A stretch of DNA of 64,000 nucleotides from Octopus bimaculoides. Taxonomy: Eukaryota. The position numbers and the translations under genes were made by a program. How positions within the stretch are numbered: the stretch's first letter is position 1; each line of letters starts with the position of its first letter. Shown here piece after piece: positions 50,597 to 63,921 of this stretch. The DNA lies in the NCBI RefSeq assembly GCF_001194135.2, contig NC_068983.1, forward strand, positions 153,466,818 through 153,530,817, written 5' to 3'. The notes beneath the pieces are model-generated. The model ran no database searches. It was not told the DNA's origin and saw only the letters and a list, made by a program, of their open reading frames with translations.

Positions 50597-53187
50597 AATT
50601 GACTTTAGAGTCCCAAGTTTCGATATCAAGAAGAATTAGCCTTACTTCAAATTTATTCTTCAAAAACGTTTTAACCAGTAAATAGCATCTATCGTTTGCA
50701 ATTATTGGGTGTTGCTTTTTTCCCTAATTTTGTAATTAATGTATCTACTAGTCTGATGATTTCGTAAATAAACATATCTCTCTTCTAGCAGATGTTATCA
50801 AATTAGAGGTGAGATTTGTGAAATCACTTTAATGTTCTGTAAAAGCTATGATCATTACCCTTTTAGTTCAATATTCTGTCCTTCAATCAATTATTTTACG
50901 CTTGTCTGACCATTCGGTTTCTTCATTTATGTGGTCAGAGTTACTTCAGGCTCTGTCGAACTTTTTTTTATGCATTGACATGAGGAGACTCATTAGTTGA
51001 GATATACGAGGTCAGTTTCTAAGTGTGCTAAAAATTTATCTCTTTCTAGGTGTTCGTGTCTCTATATTATGGTGGTTGCGTCTGTAAATATCACTTCATG
51101 ATTACAATTGTTACAAATGCCGAATTGAAATTGGTGCCGAATTTTCTCATATATGTGAATTTAAACCCAAATATTATACACTCATCTTTCCTCCTCAATC
51201 TCCTTCTATAACACATAGATGCTCGTCCCTTCTCACATATACATTTATTTATGCAAATTTATGCAGTTACATATATTTATACAAACACACACATATACAT
51301 ACATATACGTGTGGAGGTGGTGGTGTTTGGCGTGTTTGTGTGTGTATGATGTTAACGTGATTTTAATGCGATAGCGGCAAGAATTAACAGAACATATTAT
51401 ATAATCTATCTCAGAAAATGAATATGAATAAGAACTTAACATGAGATGAAAACTGACATTTTCAGATATACTGAAGTGCACGGTGTTTAATAAAGCAAGA
51501 GAAACATTATTAATAGATATTACAAGTATATAAGCAACGTGCAAATTAAAACCATCGACTCATTATTTCCAGAGAACGTTATGGGATGGTCTTCTTAAAT
51601 GTGTGTCGGGTGTTTCTGAGTAAAGCGAGAACATTGAACGTGTAGAATGTTGTCAGGAGTTAAGATTTGTATGGTTGTATGCAAAGGAGAATTACTTTGA
51701 ATCCCAGCTGTTGGCGGCTTTTAACCTTCTCGTTGACATATCTAACGAAATGACGATACATTATTTCTCATATTAATCCCCTAAAGTGGTGTAATACCAT
51801 AAACTGTGTTAGAGAATAACGGACCTGTATTTTATGAGGAGATCCTAAGAGTATACATGTCACTTCCTTCTGTGTTATTACTATTTAAATTCTGGATTGT
51901 TCTTGCATTATTTTGCCTGAAATAGAGATTTCTCAGATTGGTACATATATTAAGGTAAGACATAGAAAAGATAGAGAATGAAAATAAGTTAAACCTGGGC
52001 CTCTGTACTAGGAAAATATAATACTTTATGAATACAATTAAACCTTGGGAGAGGCATTATGCCGGTAATAAACACGCGCACTGGTTCAGTCCTTTATTAA
52101 TTTATATAGTTTATACATACAGTGAAACGCGTCGACTTCATTACTGATAAGAGCACTTTGTTTAGATTGTTAAGTCTAATACCCGGAAATTATTTCCAAC
52201 TGTACAATATTCACCCCACTAAAGACAATTCGATTGTTTCTAGAGTGGATAAGTTCAGTTTCATTTTTTTGTAGAATACTGTATGTTACTGTACATTGCG
52301 ACAACCATATCACATTGACAAGATGGGAATTGTCCTGTCATTTACACTGTTGAAGACCATCTTCAATTTACCTTTCTGCAAACACAGAAGAAATCCCTGG
52401 ATGCAAGCTATATGTCAGTGAATTATATTGTGATTGATGACGTTTGTCATCAGGCCAAGACAAACCAAATCTTCTTTGAGGTATATTGTTAGTTTGAACA
52501 CGATTTTACACAAGGAAAATAAAACAAATTCATTAAGTCAAAAATGTCTTTACATCAACTTGTGAAGAGCTGGTACGCAAATATCAAGTTTCAAGGTATT
52601 TGTATTCCAATCTACACACAATATTTGTCGTCTCCTACTCATTAATGCTTCCAAAGGTGTAATTGCGAGATAAGACCTTAATTTTCTTTTTATATGAGGC
52701 GAAAAATTGGATGCTGACGTGCTTAGCAAAGCATATTTTAAAAAAAGTGACATTCAAATTTCATTGCATTGTGTGTGTGTGTGGGGGTATATGTGAGTTG
52801 GTAGGTATATNNNNNNNNNNNNNNNNNNNNNNNNNNNNNNNNNNNNNNNNNNNNNNNNNNNNNNNNNNNNNNNNNNNNNNNNNNNNNNNNNNNNNNNNNN
52901 NNNNNNNNNNNNNNNNNNNNNNNNNNNNNNNNNNNNNNNNNNNNNNNNNNNNNNNNNNNNNNNNNNNNNNNNNNNNNNNNNNNNNNNNNNNNNNNNNNNN
53001 NNNNNNNNNNNNNNNNNNNNNNNNNNNNNNNNNNNNNNNNNNNNNNNNNNNNNNNNNNNNNNNNNNNNNNNNNNNNNNNNNNNNNNNNNNNNNNNNNNNN
53101 NNNNNNNNNNNNNNNNNNNNNNNNNNNNNNNNNNNNNNNNNNNNNNNNNNNNNNNNNNNNNNNNNNNNNNNNNNNNNNNNNNNNNNN

Positions 53188-53225
<38 letters not shown>

Positions 53226-53621
53226 TATATATATACATACATGCCTATATTTATATATACACACATATATATATTAACGCACACACGCATATATATATAC
53301 ATAATGATAAATGTATGTATTATTTCCAATGCATGTATTCAAGTTTATAGCGGAAATATGTATATGAAAATATATATATATCCATGTAACGTTTTTAACA
53401 ACGGCAGCTCGATTGAATACTGCAAAGGTGTTACAAGATGTTATAACAAGCTGATGTTGCCAAAATACATAAAGCAAAAATAATGTAGTGTGACTTTTAG
53501 AAAGTGGAATTTCCACTGTTTCTCGCCCCACCTGCCTCTACTCTGCAAACAATTTCTGTTTATGCTAAACTTCTGTACCTTCAGCTATAAAAGATTCTGT
53601 AAGTAATAAGGTGAAATGTTA

Positions 53622-53689
<68 letters not shown>

Positions 53690-53708
53690 GTTATTATTAT
53701 TATTACTA

Positions 53709-53914
53709 TTCAGTAGTTTTATTTTTATAACGTGCAGTGCCCAGTAGTGCAATTTTCTGTATGTTATATATATTTGTAAGTGCTGATGTTTTTGTTATGT
53801 ATTTGTCTGAATATTTTTTTTATTATACCTAAGGCACCTACTATGATAGGAATTGTTTCTGTTTTTAGATTCCACAATCGAGTTACCTCTATTTCCAGGT
53901 CTTTGTATTTTGAA
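53709..53914 (-). mobile_element. R4/Dong-clade 3' end, copy 1 (internal deletion); 5' side in the gap
   Basis: SKYKDLEIEVTRLWNLKTETIPIIVGALG is the RLE-domain tail. The 3' end runs into (TAA)n at 53622-53708. Confidence 0.85.
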
Positions 53915-54387
53915 NNNNNNNNNNNNNNNNNNNNNNNNNNNNNNNNNNNNNNNNNNNNNNNNNNNNNNNNNNNNNNNNNNNNNNNNNNNNNNNNNNNNNN
54001 NNNNNNNNNNNNNNNNNNNNNNNNNNNNNNNNNNNNNNNNNNNNNNNNNNNNNNNNNNNNNNNNNNNNNNNNNNNNNNNNNNNNNNNNNNNNNNNNNNNN
54101 NNNNNNNNNNNNNNNNNNNNNNNNNNNNNNNNNNNNNNNNNNNNNNNNNNNNNNNNNNNNNNNNNNNNNNNNNNNNNNNNNNNNNNNNNNNNNNNNNNNN
54201 NNNNNNNNNNNNNNNNNNNNNNNNNNNNNNNNNNNNNNNNNNNNNNNNNNNNNNNNNNNNNNNNNNNNNNNNNNNNNNNNNNNNNNNNNNNNNNNNNNNN
54301 NNNNNNNNNNNNNNNNNNNNNNNNNNNNNNNNNNNNNNNNNNNNNNNNNNNNNNNNNNNNNNNNNNNNNNNNNNNNNNNNNNNNNNN

Positions 54388-54583
54388 CTTCACTACCGAG
54401 CGCAGCTCTGTGCGCCTTGGGTATGTGCTGTGGTTTGCTGTGGTGCTCTTATGTTTACTGTATTGAAAGTGTTTTGCGTAGAATGTGTGCAGTACCCAGT
54501 AGTGCAATTTTCTGTATGTTATATATATTTGTAAGTCCTGGTGTTTTTGTTATGTATTTGTCTGAATATTTATTTATTATACC

Positions 54584-54584
<1 letters not shown>
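54388..54584 (-). mobile_element. R4/Dong-clade 3' end, copy 2 (very short 5'-truncated)
   Basis: 54584-54455 translates GIINKYSDKYITKTPGLTNIYNIQKIALLGTAHILRKTLSIQ*. It is nearly identical to copy 1 where they overlap, and the 5' junction sits directly on (TAA)n. Confidence 0.85.
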
Positions 54585-54643
<59 letters not shown>

Positions 54644-57414
54644 GTTATTATCACCAGCATCATACGCTCAGCAGATTAGACTGTTGGAAAAAAGAATCCT
54701 AACATCGGGCTATAACAAGTAAGCCTTAGATGCGAAGAACCTTCCTATTGTGTTACAGTAAGTAGCAATTGATACGTTAGCATTCATGATTCAGATAGTG
54801 TGATGGATGATCTTGCATGCACCTAAAACCCTTATCTTTAAAGAAAAAGATGACTTTTGGTATAAAGGAATTCTGAACTAGAGCACCAACTGACAGTGCT
54901 GATATATGTGGCATTCTGTAAACATCAGCTATATTTGCTGAAGAATATAATCTCAAGTTGACCAAACAGATATTTCTAGATTTCACATGTAGAAATGCAG
55001 AATTCCCTCCCTGACCACTATATCAGCTATGTGAACGGGATAGAAATCCCTTCAGTCACATGAAATAAAATGCAATATGTTTCACAGCAACATTTCCTTC
55101 AGCGTCCAATATAATTACTCATCCACGAGCTTTCAGCGGATACATTTGTTTTTAGAAATTTCTTCTGTAACCAATTGATCACAATAACATGGTTATACAA
55201 GTTTCTGAATCACAAACATTTACTATGTTCCATAATTGTTTTCATTCTCTAAATAAGCCAATCCTATATTGAGTCATCAAACTGCCGCGTACACTCAATA
55301 ATACGCACTTTGCCAATAGAAAATCAGCTACATTTCAACTACTTTAAAAATTACAATAGATCGGTTGATATGTTTTAATATTACTTGTTCAAAAGATATA
55401 GCTCTTTACCTAGCTGAGAAAATATGGCTATTTGTAAGTCATGCAATTATTAAAGCAGACTTCATTATATTCAGCAGTAGAAATAGCACTGCACATTAAG
55501 CACAATATTACCGATTATTTAAGGATGAAAACCTCACATTTATTTATATGCAGACACAGATGCCGATGTAGCTATTCCTTATTATTTAATAGAGAAGGAG
55601 GCGTTTTCATGGTTCCCTGCTTCTTTCAGTTGTAATAATTGAATAAATGATAAAATTGGTGAAAATGTTAAATATCTGTAAGATGTTCATCTACAGAATG
55701 GGAAGCTTGAGATGTTGAGATTCTAGAAAAAACTAGACAAAATGTTCTGATTGATGTCGGAATAGCATGACGTATGTCAGTTTGGAATCTGAATAGTATC
55801 CGATGAGCAAAACCGTTACTGCAGCGATTGTAATTATGATGTTAATGAATTGCGTCACTATCGCAAAGAATTGTATTGATTAGTCCTCAATAGGCCAAAA
55901 AATAAAATTTTAAAAAAACAAGATAAGTAGATTTTTTTCTTCTCTAATATATTTAAGTTTATATAAGCAGCAACGTCCTAGATTTAAGATAGAAGCGCTA
56001 AAACTTTGAGCAATGGGCAATTGATTTCAGTGCTATGTTTCAACAACGGGAGAAAGAGTCAGAGTAATTAAAGTGGTATAAGGGAAGAGTAAATCTAATG
56101 TGATAAAAATTTAAATGTAATATTAACTTTTAACTTATGTAAAATAATAGACTTTTATATCATCAGAGTAAGGAGTGCTGGAGAAGTGTTGCAAGACGAA
56201 AATTAGTTGAACAATTTATCATTACTATTATTATTGTTTTGTCTAGGCTGGGGGTGTTTGGAATGCGACAGAGCAAACAAATTACGAATTTTTCAGCCTG
56301 AAGCTGCCAGAGTACAGTATATATCAATCGATGTCAGTGCTAATATGTCGCCTTCCAATTATGTACTGCTAAACAACATTACATCATTTGTAATATTGCA
56401 GCATAATTTAAGCAGACTATTAATGCATTGGAAAGTAGATGGAATAAATGATAATTAACTAATCATTCACTATATATTCTGACAAAAGTGTTTTAATTAT
56501 TGTCAATTGTTTCAAAACTGAAAAAAAAAAAGAAAAATGAAATATGGTATTTGCTAGTGAAATATTCTAACTACAAAAAATTAGTGTTATTAAGATAGAC
56601 TCACGATGGAATTACTAATAACAGGTGAATGCTCGCTAGGAAAGAAACATATGCAATATTTTTCCATTGCTTAAAAAATAAAATTATTTTTCTTCTGGTT
56701 CATCTGTATACAGTGGCTAGTAAGCTGCACTATTTAGAGCTAACAACTACATTGAAAGTTGGAGACTGGATATACCGCCGCGAGATCTTGGTCAGATGCA
56801 GTGCCTTAACAGATTACAGTAGTAGGTAATATATTTATTTTTAAAATGCAGACATTCGTACACATCATTATGCATTATTTCCATATATGATAAAAGATTT
56901 CAGTTGTTGAGACACTAACAACTTCGAGATAAGAGCGTCAACAAACTACGAACATAGTATGAAAACAAATTATATTAATCACCTAACTAGCATAATAGAA
57001 ACAAATCAGAAATCGTTTAAGGAAAAGAGCCTTAAAGACAGGAAATTGATGAGTGTCTTATCAAGTTTTCTATATATATATATCAACCATTACCTCTTTT
57101 TCTAATATTTTTCTAATTATTATCGTAAATGAAACATTTGTTACCTTCCGGGTATTTAGCATTTTATTAAAATCGAGAAATCAAACAAAGAAATATGAAA
57201 AACTGAAACAAATATATTCTCGAAATTCTGCAATAATTCATTCTTCTTTATGTGATTATTTACATATATTTGTACATACATACATGCACACACACTCGCA
57301 TGCACACCCGCACATACACACACAAATATAGTTTGAGAGTTACACACATACACGCATATATATGCACATATATTTGTTTGTGTGTATGTATGTATATAAA
57401 GATATATATATATT

Positions 57415-57451
<37 letters not shown>

Positions 57452-58232
57452 ATCTATACATACGTGCATATTCAATAAATGATTATTTTAGAAAAATAAA
57501 TTATTAGAATAATTGTAAAAAAACACAGGCATATACAAAAATACATACATATATATTGTTCGATATCGTTTGAATGTGTGTTTGCCTATGGCAAAGGAAT
57601 TCTTAACAATTGCCCATCACTAAAATAATGATTGCTTTAATTATTATGATTTTATTCAAGAAAAACGTTAAAAGCTATAACAGTAATTTAAAATTATTCC
57701 TGGCTTTTAGCACAAATAGTACATTTACTTGCATATTAAATGGTAATCTAAGAAACGTACTAATTTTTATTCTTAAACTGGTTCTCTACTTCTCAGATTT
57801 TCTCATTACTTTTAAACCTATACATGCTACAGTGAAACTGAGCATCATGAAATTCTTTTACACCCAACAAGGTTTCTCAATCTTATTGAGCCCCGATAAC
57901 TGTTCTAAACTTCAGTGACAAAGAAGTCCAGTAAGCGCCAACATCATTAATCGAAACAGCTCAATTCACTAAAGAAAGGTGTTTACGTTACAGTGTTAGT
58001 AACCTTATTAGGTGCCAAAATGAATCAAAACTAACCTTTTTTTTCTCTTAAACACTACCAATGCAGCAGCATTGAAATTGTATTCGTTGAACTATGTTCG
58101 TCAACGAATTGTATTTGACTAGCAAACGCAGACCTAGTCGATGTGTTTCGTTATTAAGAAACCCATATGGTGTATCTCCAGTGTTTGATCAAGTGTAACT
58201 TCCTTGTTAAAAAATGAAAGGAAAAAATAAAC

Positions 58233-58395
58233 AGGCGCAGGTGTGGCAGTATTTTCAGTCTGCTCCTCATTTCCACGGTTATGGGTTCAATCCTACTGCG
58301 TGACACTTTGGGCAAAATTCTACGATAGCCTTGGGCCGACCAAGGCTGTGTAAGTGGACTTGGCAGATTGAGATTGTAAGAAGCTTGTCATATAT
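58233..58395 (+). mobile_element. SINE family B, diverged 5' half
   Basis: GGCGCAGGTGTGGC..GGGTTCAATCCTACTGCGTGACACTTTGGGCAA..GGGCCGACCAAGGC. Confidence 0.65.
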
Positions 58396-59354
58396 ATACA
58401 TATGGATGAATTTTTCTCTATATATCATCTAATATGGAATAATATTTTTGTCTTACAAGTAAGTTAGCGCTTATTGTTTACGATACTGCTGATTCTGAAA
58501 CTTAGTACACACCTTACAAAGATTTAATTTCCTAAGAGGTCGTACCATAGTCTATTTTCTTTGTTAATATTCACGAGCAATAAATGCCCCATTTCATATT
58601 CTTTCATTTCATTGGATATTTTAGGCAAGGGTTTGGTTGCTAGTAATTTCTCCAGTTTTGTTCATTGTATTTTGAAGAACTAGCTGTTGACATTTTACCG
58701 GATAATTACAGCTACTCTTTTCTTTGTTAAATACTTATTCTAGATTAGTTCTTCTCTAAGTGGTTTAAAAAATCTTGTCTATATGTCTAGAGAAAAATAC
58801 TTTTACTTTTCTCACAATTGTACATCATTAATTTCTTGGTTTTATCGCATTTAATTTTCCTGTATATAATTTGCAAAGTATTAGAATATTCTAATACTCC
58901 AAACGACTTCGGCATTTGTTGCATTTCCGTAGTACTGCATCCCATTTATTTTCTCTCTTATCTGATATCTACATAATGTTGGTGATTTCGGCAGGACACA
59001 CACACACACANNNNNNNNNNNNNNNNNNNNNNNNNNNNNNNNNNNNNNNNNNNNNNNNNNNNNNNNNNNNNNNNNNNNNNNNNNNNNNNNNNNNNNNNNN
59101 NNNNNNNNNNNNNNNNNNNNNNNNNNNNNNNNNNNNNNNNNNNNNNNNNNNNNNNNNNNNNNNNNNNNNNNNNNNNNNNNNNNNNNNNNNNNNNNNNNNN
59201 NNNNNNNNNNNNNNNNNNNNNNNNNNNNNNNNNNNNNNNNNNNNNNNNNNNNNNNNNNNNNNNNNNNNNNNNNNNNNNNNNNNNNNNNNNNNNNNNNNNN
59301 NNNNNNNNNNNNNNNNNNNNNNNNNNATATATATATATATATATATATATATAC

Positions 59355-60300
59355 ACTTAAAATAATTAACTTAAAGGCCAAAAATAACCACGTTAGAGCA
59401 TGATATTGAAGACCGGACTGAACCATTTACACCGATTAAACTGCGTATAACAATTAAAGACCATAAAGATAATTATCTACGTAATACTCACGTCAGATTA
59501 ATATGCCCCGATAAGTGAGATTCAGGTAAGCTTACAAAAGCAATCTTAGATAACTATGTACCAACCCCTAAGAAAAAGATTAAACTGGAGTTATGGACAA
59601 ACAACCAAAGCGCAATAGAATGGTTATCTAACATAAGGGTACACATGACTTTTTGCAAATTGACATACACAATTATTATTCCTCCATAAATCCCACTATT
59701 CTAAATAGTCCGCTTATTTTTGCTATGAATTTTAGTAAGATCAGTAGAAAAGAAATTAATGTAATCCTTACGACCCGAAAGTCCATTATCGAATTTGATA
59801 ACAGGTTGTGGGCCAGAAAGGACACCCCTGAACTTGGGTGAGGCCTTTATTGAGACGATGCACATTTTCGTATTAGAAACATCTCTAATAGATGCCTTGA
59901 ACTACTTAAGAAACGTCTGTATAAACTGCTTTAATAGATTTGGGCTCTCCATTACTGTAGATAATGAAAGCTACTCTATCAAATACTTAGACGTTAACTG
60001 CGATTTAAATACGGGTTTACACCAACCTTATAAGACACTTAACTCTAAATTAATGTATATAAACTATCAAAATAACCATCCACAATCAGTAAAAAGGGCT
60101 TCAATAAGAGGCATTAGCAAAAAGGATTTCCTATTTCTCATCTAATGAGGACATATTGAATAGTCATAAGGATAAATATAAGGCACATATGGATGCGGTC
60201 TAAAGAGATAGAATTAAATATATCCCACATGAGCATGTAATGAATAGTGGTAATAACGAATATGTTAACCGCAAAAATATTGCACATGACCATGCACCTA
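59355..60300 (+). mobile_element. Penelope-like element reverse transcriptase remnant
   Basis: ITIKDHK (59447), RLICPDK, QIDIHNYYSSI, RKSII..WARK, GLY*DD (59842-59; YRDD motif), and KYLDV..LNTGLHQPYK..YINYQNNHP. These match PLE RT blocks. No GIY-YIG endonuclease domain is seen. Confidence 0.85.
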
Positions 60301-60399
60301 AGTGATGTAATAAAGCACAGGGAGCAACAGCTAATGACACTAATAGGATTAAACTTAGTAACAATATGAGTAACCATAAGAATGACAATATATGTATAT

Positions 60400-60597
60400 G
60401 TTTGTGTGACTGTACTTGTTCACTCCCTACCATCGCTTGACAAGCGATGTTGGTGTGTTTATGTCCCCGTAACAGCAGTTCAGGAAAACTGACCGATAGA
60501 ATAAGCACTAAACTTACAAAGAATAAATCCTAGGGTCGCTATGTTCGACTAAAGCCGGTGCTCCAGCATGGCTGCAGTCAATGCTTGTAATAAAAAA
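60400..60597 (+). mobile_element. SINE family B, 3' half
   Basis: ACCATCGCTTGACAAGCGATGTTGGTGTGTTTATGTCCCCGTAAC..GGTGCTCCAGCATGGCTGCAGTCAA. Confidence 0.8.
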
Positions 60598-61104
60598 GAA
60601 GGAAAGAAAAAAATTACATCTGTATACTAATACATATATGTGTGTGTGTGTGTGTGTGTGTNNNNNNNNNNNNNNNNNNNNNNNNNNNNNNNNNNNNNNN
60701 NNNNNNNNNNNNNNNNNNNNNNNNNNNNNNNNNNNNNNNNNNNNNNNNNNNNNNNNNNNNNNNNNNNNNNNNNNNNNNNNNNNNNNNNNNNNNNNNNNNN
60801 NNNNNNNNNNNNNNNNNNNNNNNNNNNNNNNNNNNNNNNNNNNNNNNNNNNNNNNNNNNNNNNNNNNNNNNNNNNNNNNNNNNNNNNNNNNNNNNNNNNN
60901 NNNNNNNNNNNNNNNNNNNNNNNNNNNNNNNNNNNNNNNNNNNNNNNNNNNNNNNNNNNNNNNNNNNNNNNNNNNNNNNNNNNNNNNNNNNNNNNNNNNN
61001 NNNNNNNNNNNNNNNNNNNNNNNNNNNNNNNNNNNNNNNNNNNNNNNNNNNNNNNNNNNNNNNNNNNNNNNNNNNNNNNNNNNNNNNNNNNNNNNNNNNN
61101 NNNN

Positions 61105-61160
61105 GAAGAAGAAGAAGAAGAAGAAGAAGAAGAAGAAGAAGAAGAAGAAGAAGAAGAAGA
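61105..61160. repeat. (GAA)n microsatellite
   Basis: Perfect run starting at the gap edge. Confidence 0.95.
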
Positions 61161-61199
61161 ATGCGGGAGTGCCATGATTGTAGTTGGATGTTAACCGGC

Positions 61200-61410
61200 T
61201 AAATGCCCTGAAAGTGACTTGTTATAGCGTCGGAAAAAACGCGTGGCGTTATTTCGTTCGACACATTACGGTCGGAGTACAAATTCCGCCGCGCTCGAAT
61301 TTGACTTTCATCCTTTCGTGGTCGATAAAATAATGTACCATGTGAACATTGGCATCGACGACTCTCCCCGTGTTCCAAACGTTCGGGACTTGTGCCCACA
61401 CTGAGATAAT
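61200..61410 (+). mobile_element. SINE family A, diverged
   Basis: AAATTCCGCCGCGCTCG..CTTTCATCCTTTCGTGGTCGATAAAATAATGTACC..GGACTTGTGCCC. Confidence 0.65.
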
Positions 61411-63921
61411 TATATTAAACTTCCTATAATAGGCCTAATTATTTAGAAATTTAAATTACTCCTTTAAAATTAACTGTAAACCATGTTACTAGACAATATA
61501 AGCATCAATTATTATACTTAATTAATACTAGTTTCAATAATTAATATGCCTCCAACGTGAAAATAAATGTAATGCAATGACTGTATTTGCCGTGAGTCAA
61601 AGCTCTAGCTTCAGTTTTGATTTAACTTTGGGAAGATTTCATTTATATTCAAATTCATAGCACAGATTTTAATTTAAATTCTCAACCACTGATAACTCCA
61701 ATGGTCATACATTTACATATGACATGAACAATGTATAAACTCATTCTCCTTTGCTATATATACTGTTGCAATAGAAACAAGATTTAAGTACTACTTGGGT
61801 TTACAAAAATTTACAAAGTCAACCAGCGTTGTAATGGGTGAAAACAGTGTGCTTAGATTCAGATATCTTTGCTGATTTTGCAGTGTGCATGAAACAGTTC
61901 CATCAAACAATGGAACCTGATATATGGTTGAATTTGTGCATACATTATTACTAGAGGTTATCCGGGTTTGTCCTTCAGTGAACCAACAAGAGACATTTTA
62001 GTCTTTTATGAATGTTTTTCAATATTTGAAAAAACAATTGAAATAAAATTGTTACGAAGTGCAAATAAATAATTTAGAAAACATCTTAAACATTTTACAT
62101 TCCAATAATATTGTTAGTTAAGTTGAACACCCATATAAAAAAATATATTAACACAATGTAATCATCACACGTCATGCGGGTCTAAAGCTATGCAATACCC
62201 TTAAACTATATTTTTTTTAAAAATCAATATTAGTGTAACTCAATACACAAATTATTTCGTTTACTTAATCATGCGTGCATGAGTCTTTTGAAAATTAGAG
62301 TAAAGAATATGGTTCGCAGAGAATTTCAGAATCTAACGGAATGCATCAGTATCTGGTTGTGTACTTGGCAGGAGAAACGATATTTTTAGTTCTGGAAAAA
62401 CACATTTAGAAGCACATAGAAAACTATAGAGTATATCACGTAAATGTCGAAAAATGCTTCCGTATTAAGAAGTTCAGAATCTAATGGAATGCGTCAGTAT
62501 CTTGTGTACTTGGCAGGAAAAAAACGAAAAATTCTTCCGAGTAGAAAATTCAACAGTATTTTTAACCAACATATCTATAATATTACATACAGTTTTATGT
62601 AAATATTTCTCATTTCATGACAAATGTAATGAAAGAGAAATTGCGATAAAGAACAATTTAGTTCAATTGTTACTGTTATAAGTAAACATTTATAAAAGAT
62701 GTTTAACAGATAATTTAAACGATTTCGTAAGATGGATGTTATAGAAAGTCATATACTAAAACTCGGCAGCAGTCCTACTAAGCCCATATCGCGAATATAT
62801 TGAATTACTGAAGCATTTAGTTGATTAAATTGTCTTCAAATGTGTTTTTTTAAGCAGCATAGTGATAATTTTCGAAGTGAGCGTAATGAGATACAAAACG
62901 TAACCCAAGTGAAAACGAGTTGTATCAAAACAAATTTGCTTTACTTCTTCCTTTTTTTCTTATGGCTTGCATAAAATTCCTCATCAGTATACATTATTGA
63001 CTTGACTAATATTTCCAAAATTTTATAAAACATTCCCCAAAATTAATAAATATATATATAAAAACTAAACCAACTGGTCAAAAATTAAAGCGGTACCGAA
63101 CAGATTTAAAGCATATACAACATTAGAACCCATAAGCTTAGCATCTCCACCACCGCACAGTAGAAAAATAATTTAATATCAATAACGGACATAAATCAAT
63201 AAATACTGATATCTTTATATTTCAGGGACGGGACCTCATAAACAACTATTATTCTAGCATAGTTGCATCTTCTCGTTCTCTTCGTAGTGTAGAGTGTCTG
63301 CGTGGCCGATTTATTCTCAGACATGATTTATTATTCGGAATAATTCCAGTATCCGTCGCTTCTTCACAAGCACTCACGGGTCACGGGTAGTGAGTGTTTG
63401 CAGTTCCCTAGTTTAGCTGTATTTCACCCTTCTCAATTATACCGATAGTTAAACAACAAAATCATACCTGATACATTTATCGTATAGCTGTGAATACAAT
63501 AATATTTTCTCCTAAATACTGAGTATTACTAAATACCTACAATAATCCAAAATATACGCTGAAAATACGCTTGCTTCATCCAGCAATTTCCTACATTGTT
63601 TTTGTCATGCTTAAATTCTAGCAAAACTCTACAGGACACAAGGTTAGTAGGGCAGACGGTTTAGACACTTGCCAATTGACAACGTAATGAATTGTATTAG
63701 ATCAAATGTTACGGGCAATACTGACTAAGGAAGCCACTTCAAAAAGCATATTCGTCGAAAAAGTTCCGTCTTATTTAATATATGACGTATTCATGTTGAA
63801 ATGCATTTATAAATCGATAGAAAGAACTCTGAAAAATATTTAAGTAAAAACAACAAATATCGTACATACCGACGTTCGTCCCATGTTCGGTACACATACA
63901 CACACTTACATTCTATCTATT

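Noticed and set aside
52075-52140. GAAACGCGTC as a hammerhead half
   Set aside because: There is no CUGANGA box at the right distance upstream of a stem II.
5670-61202. All ORF-track entries above ~150 aa as protein-coding genes
   Set aside because: They consist of X runs from N-gaps or translated microsatellites (IYIY, THTH, SSSS). The 199 aa and 176 aa ORFs at 39979 and 40588 read through repeats and transposon debris.
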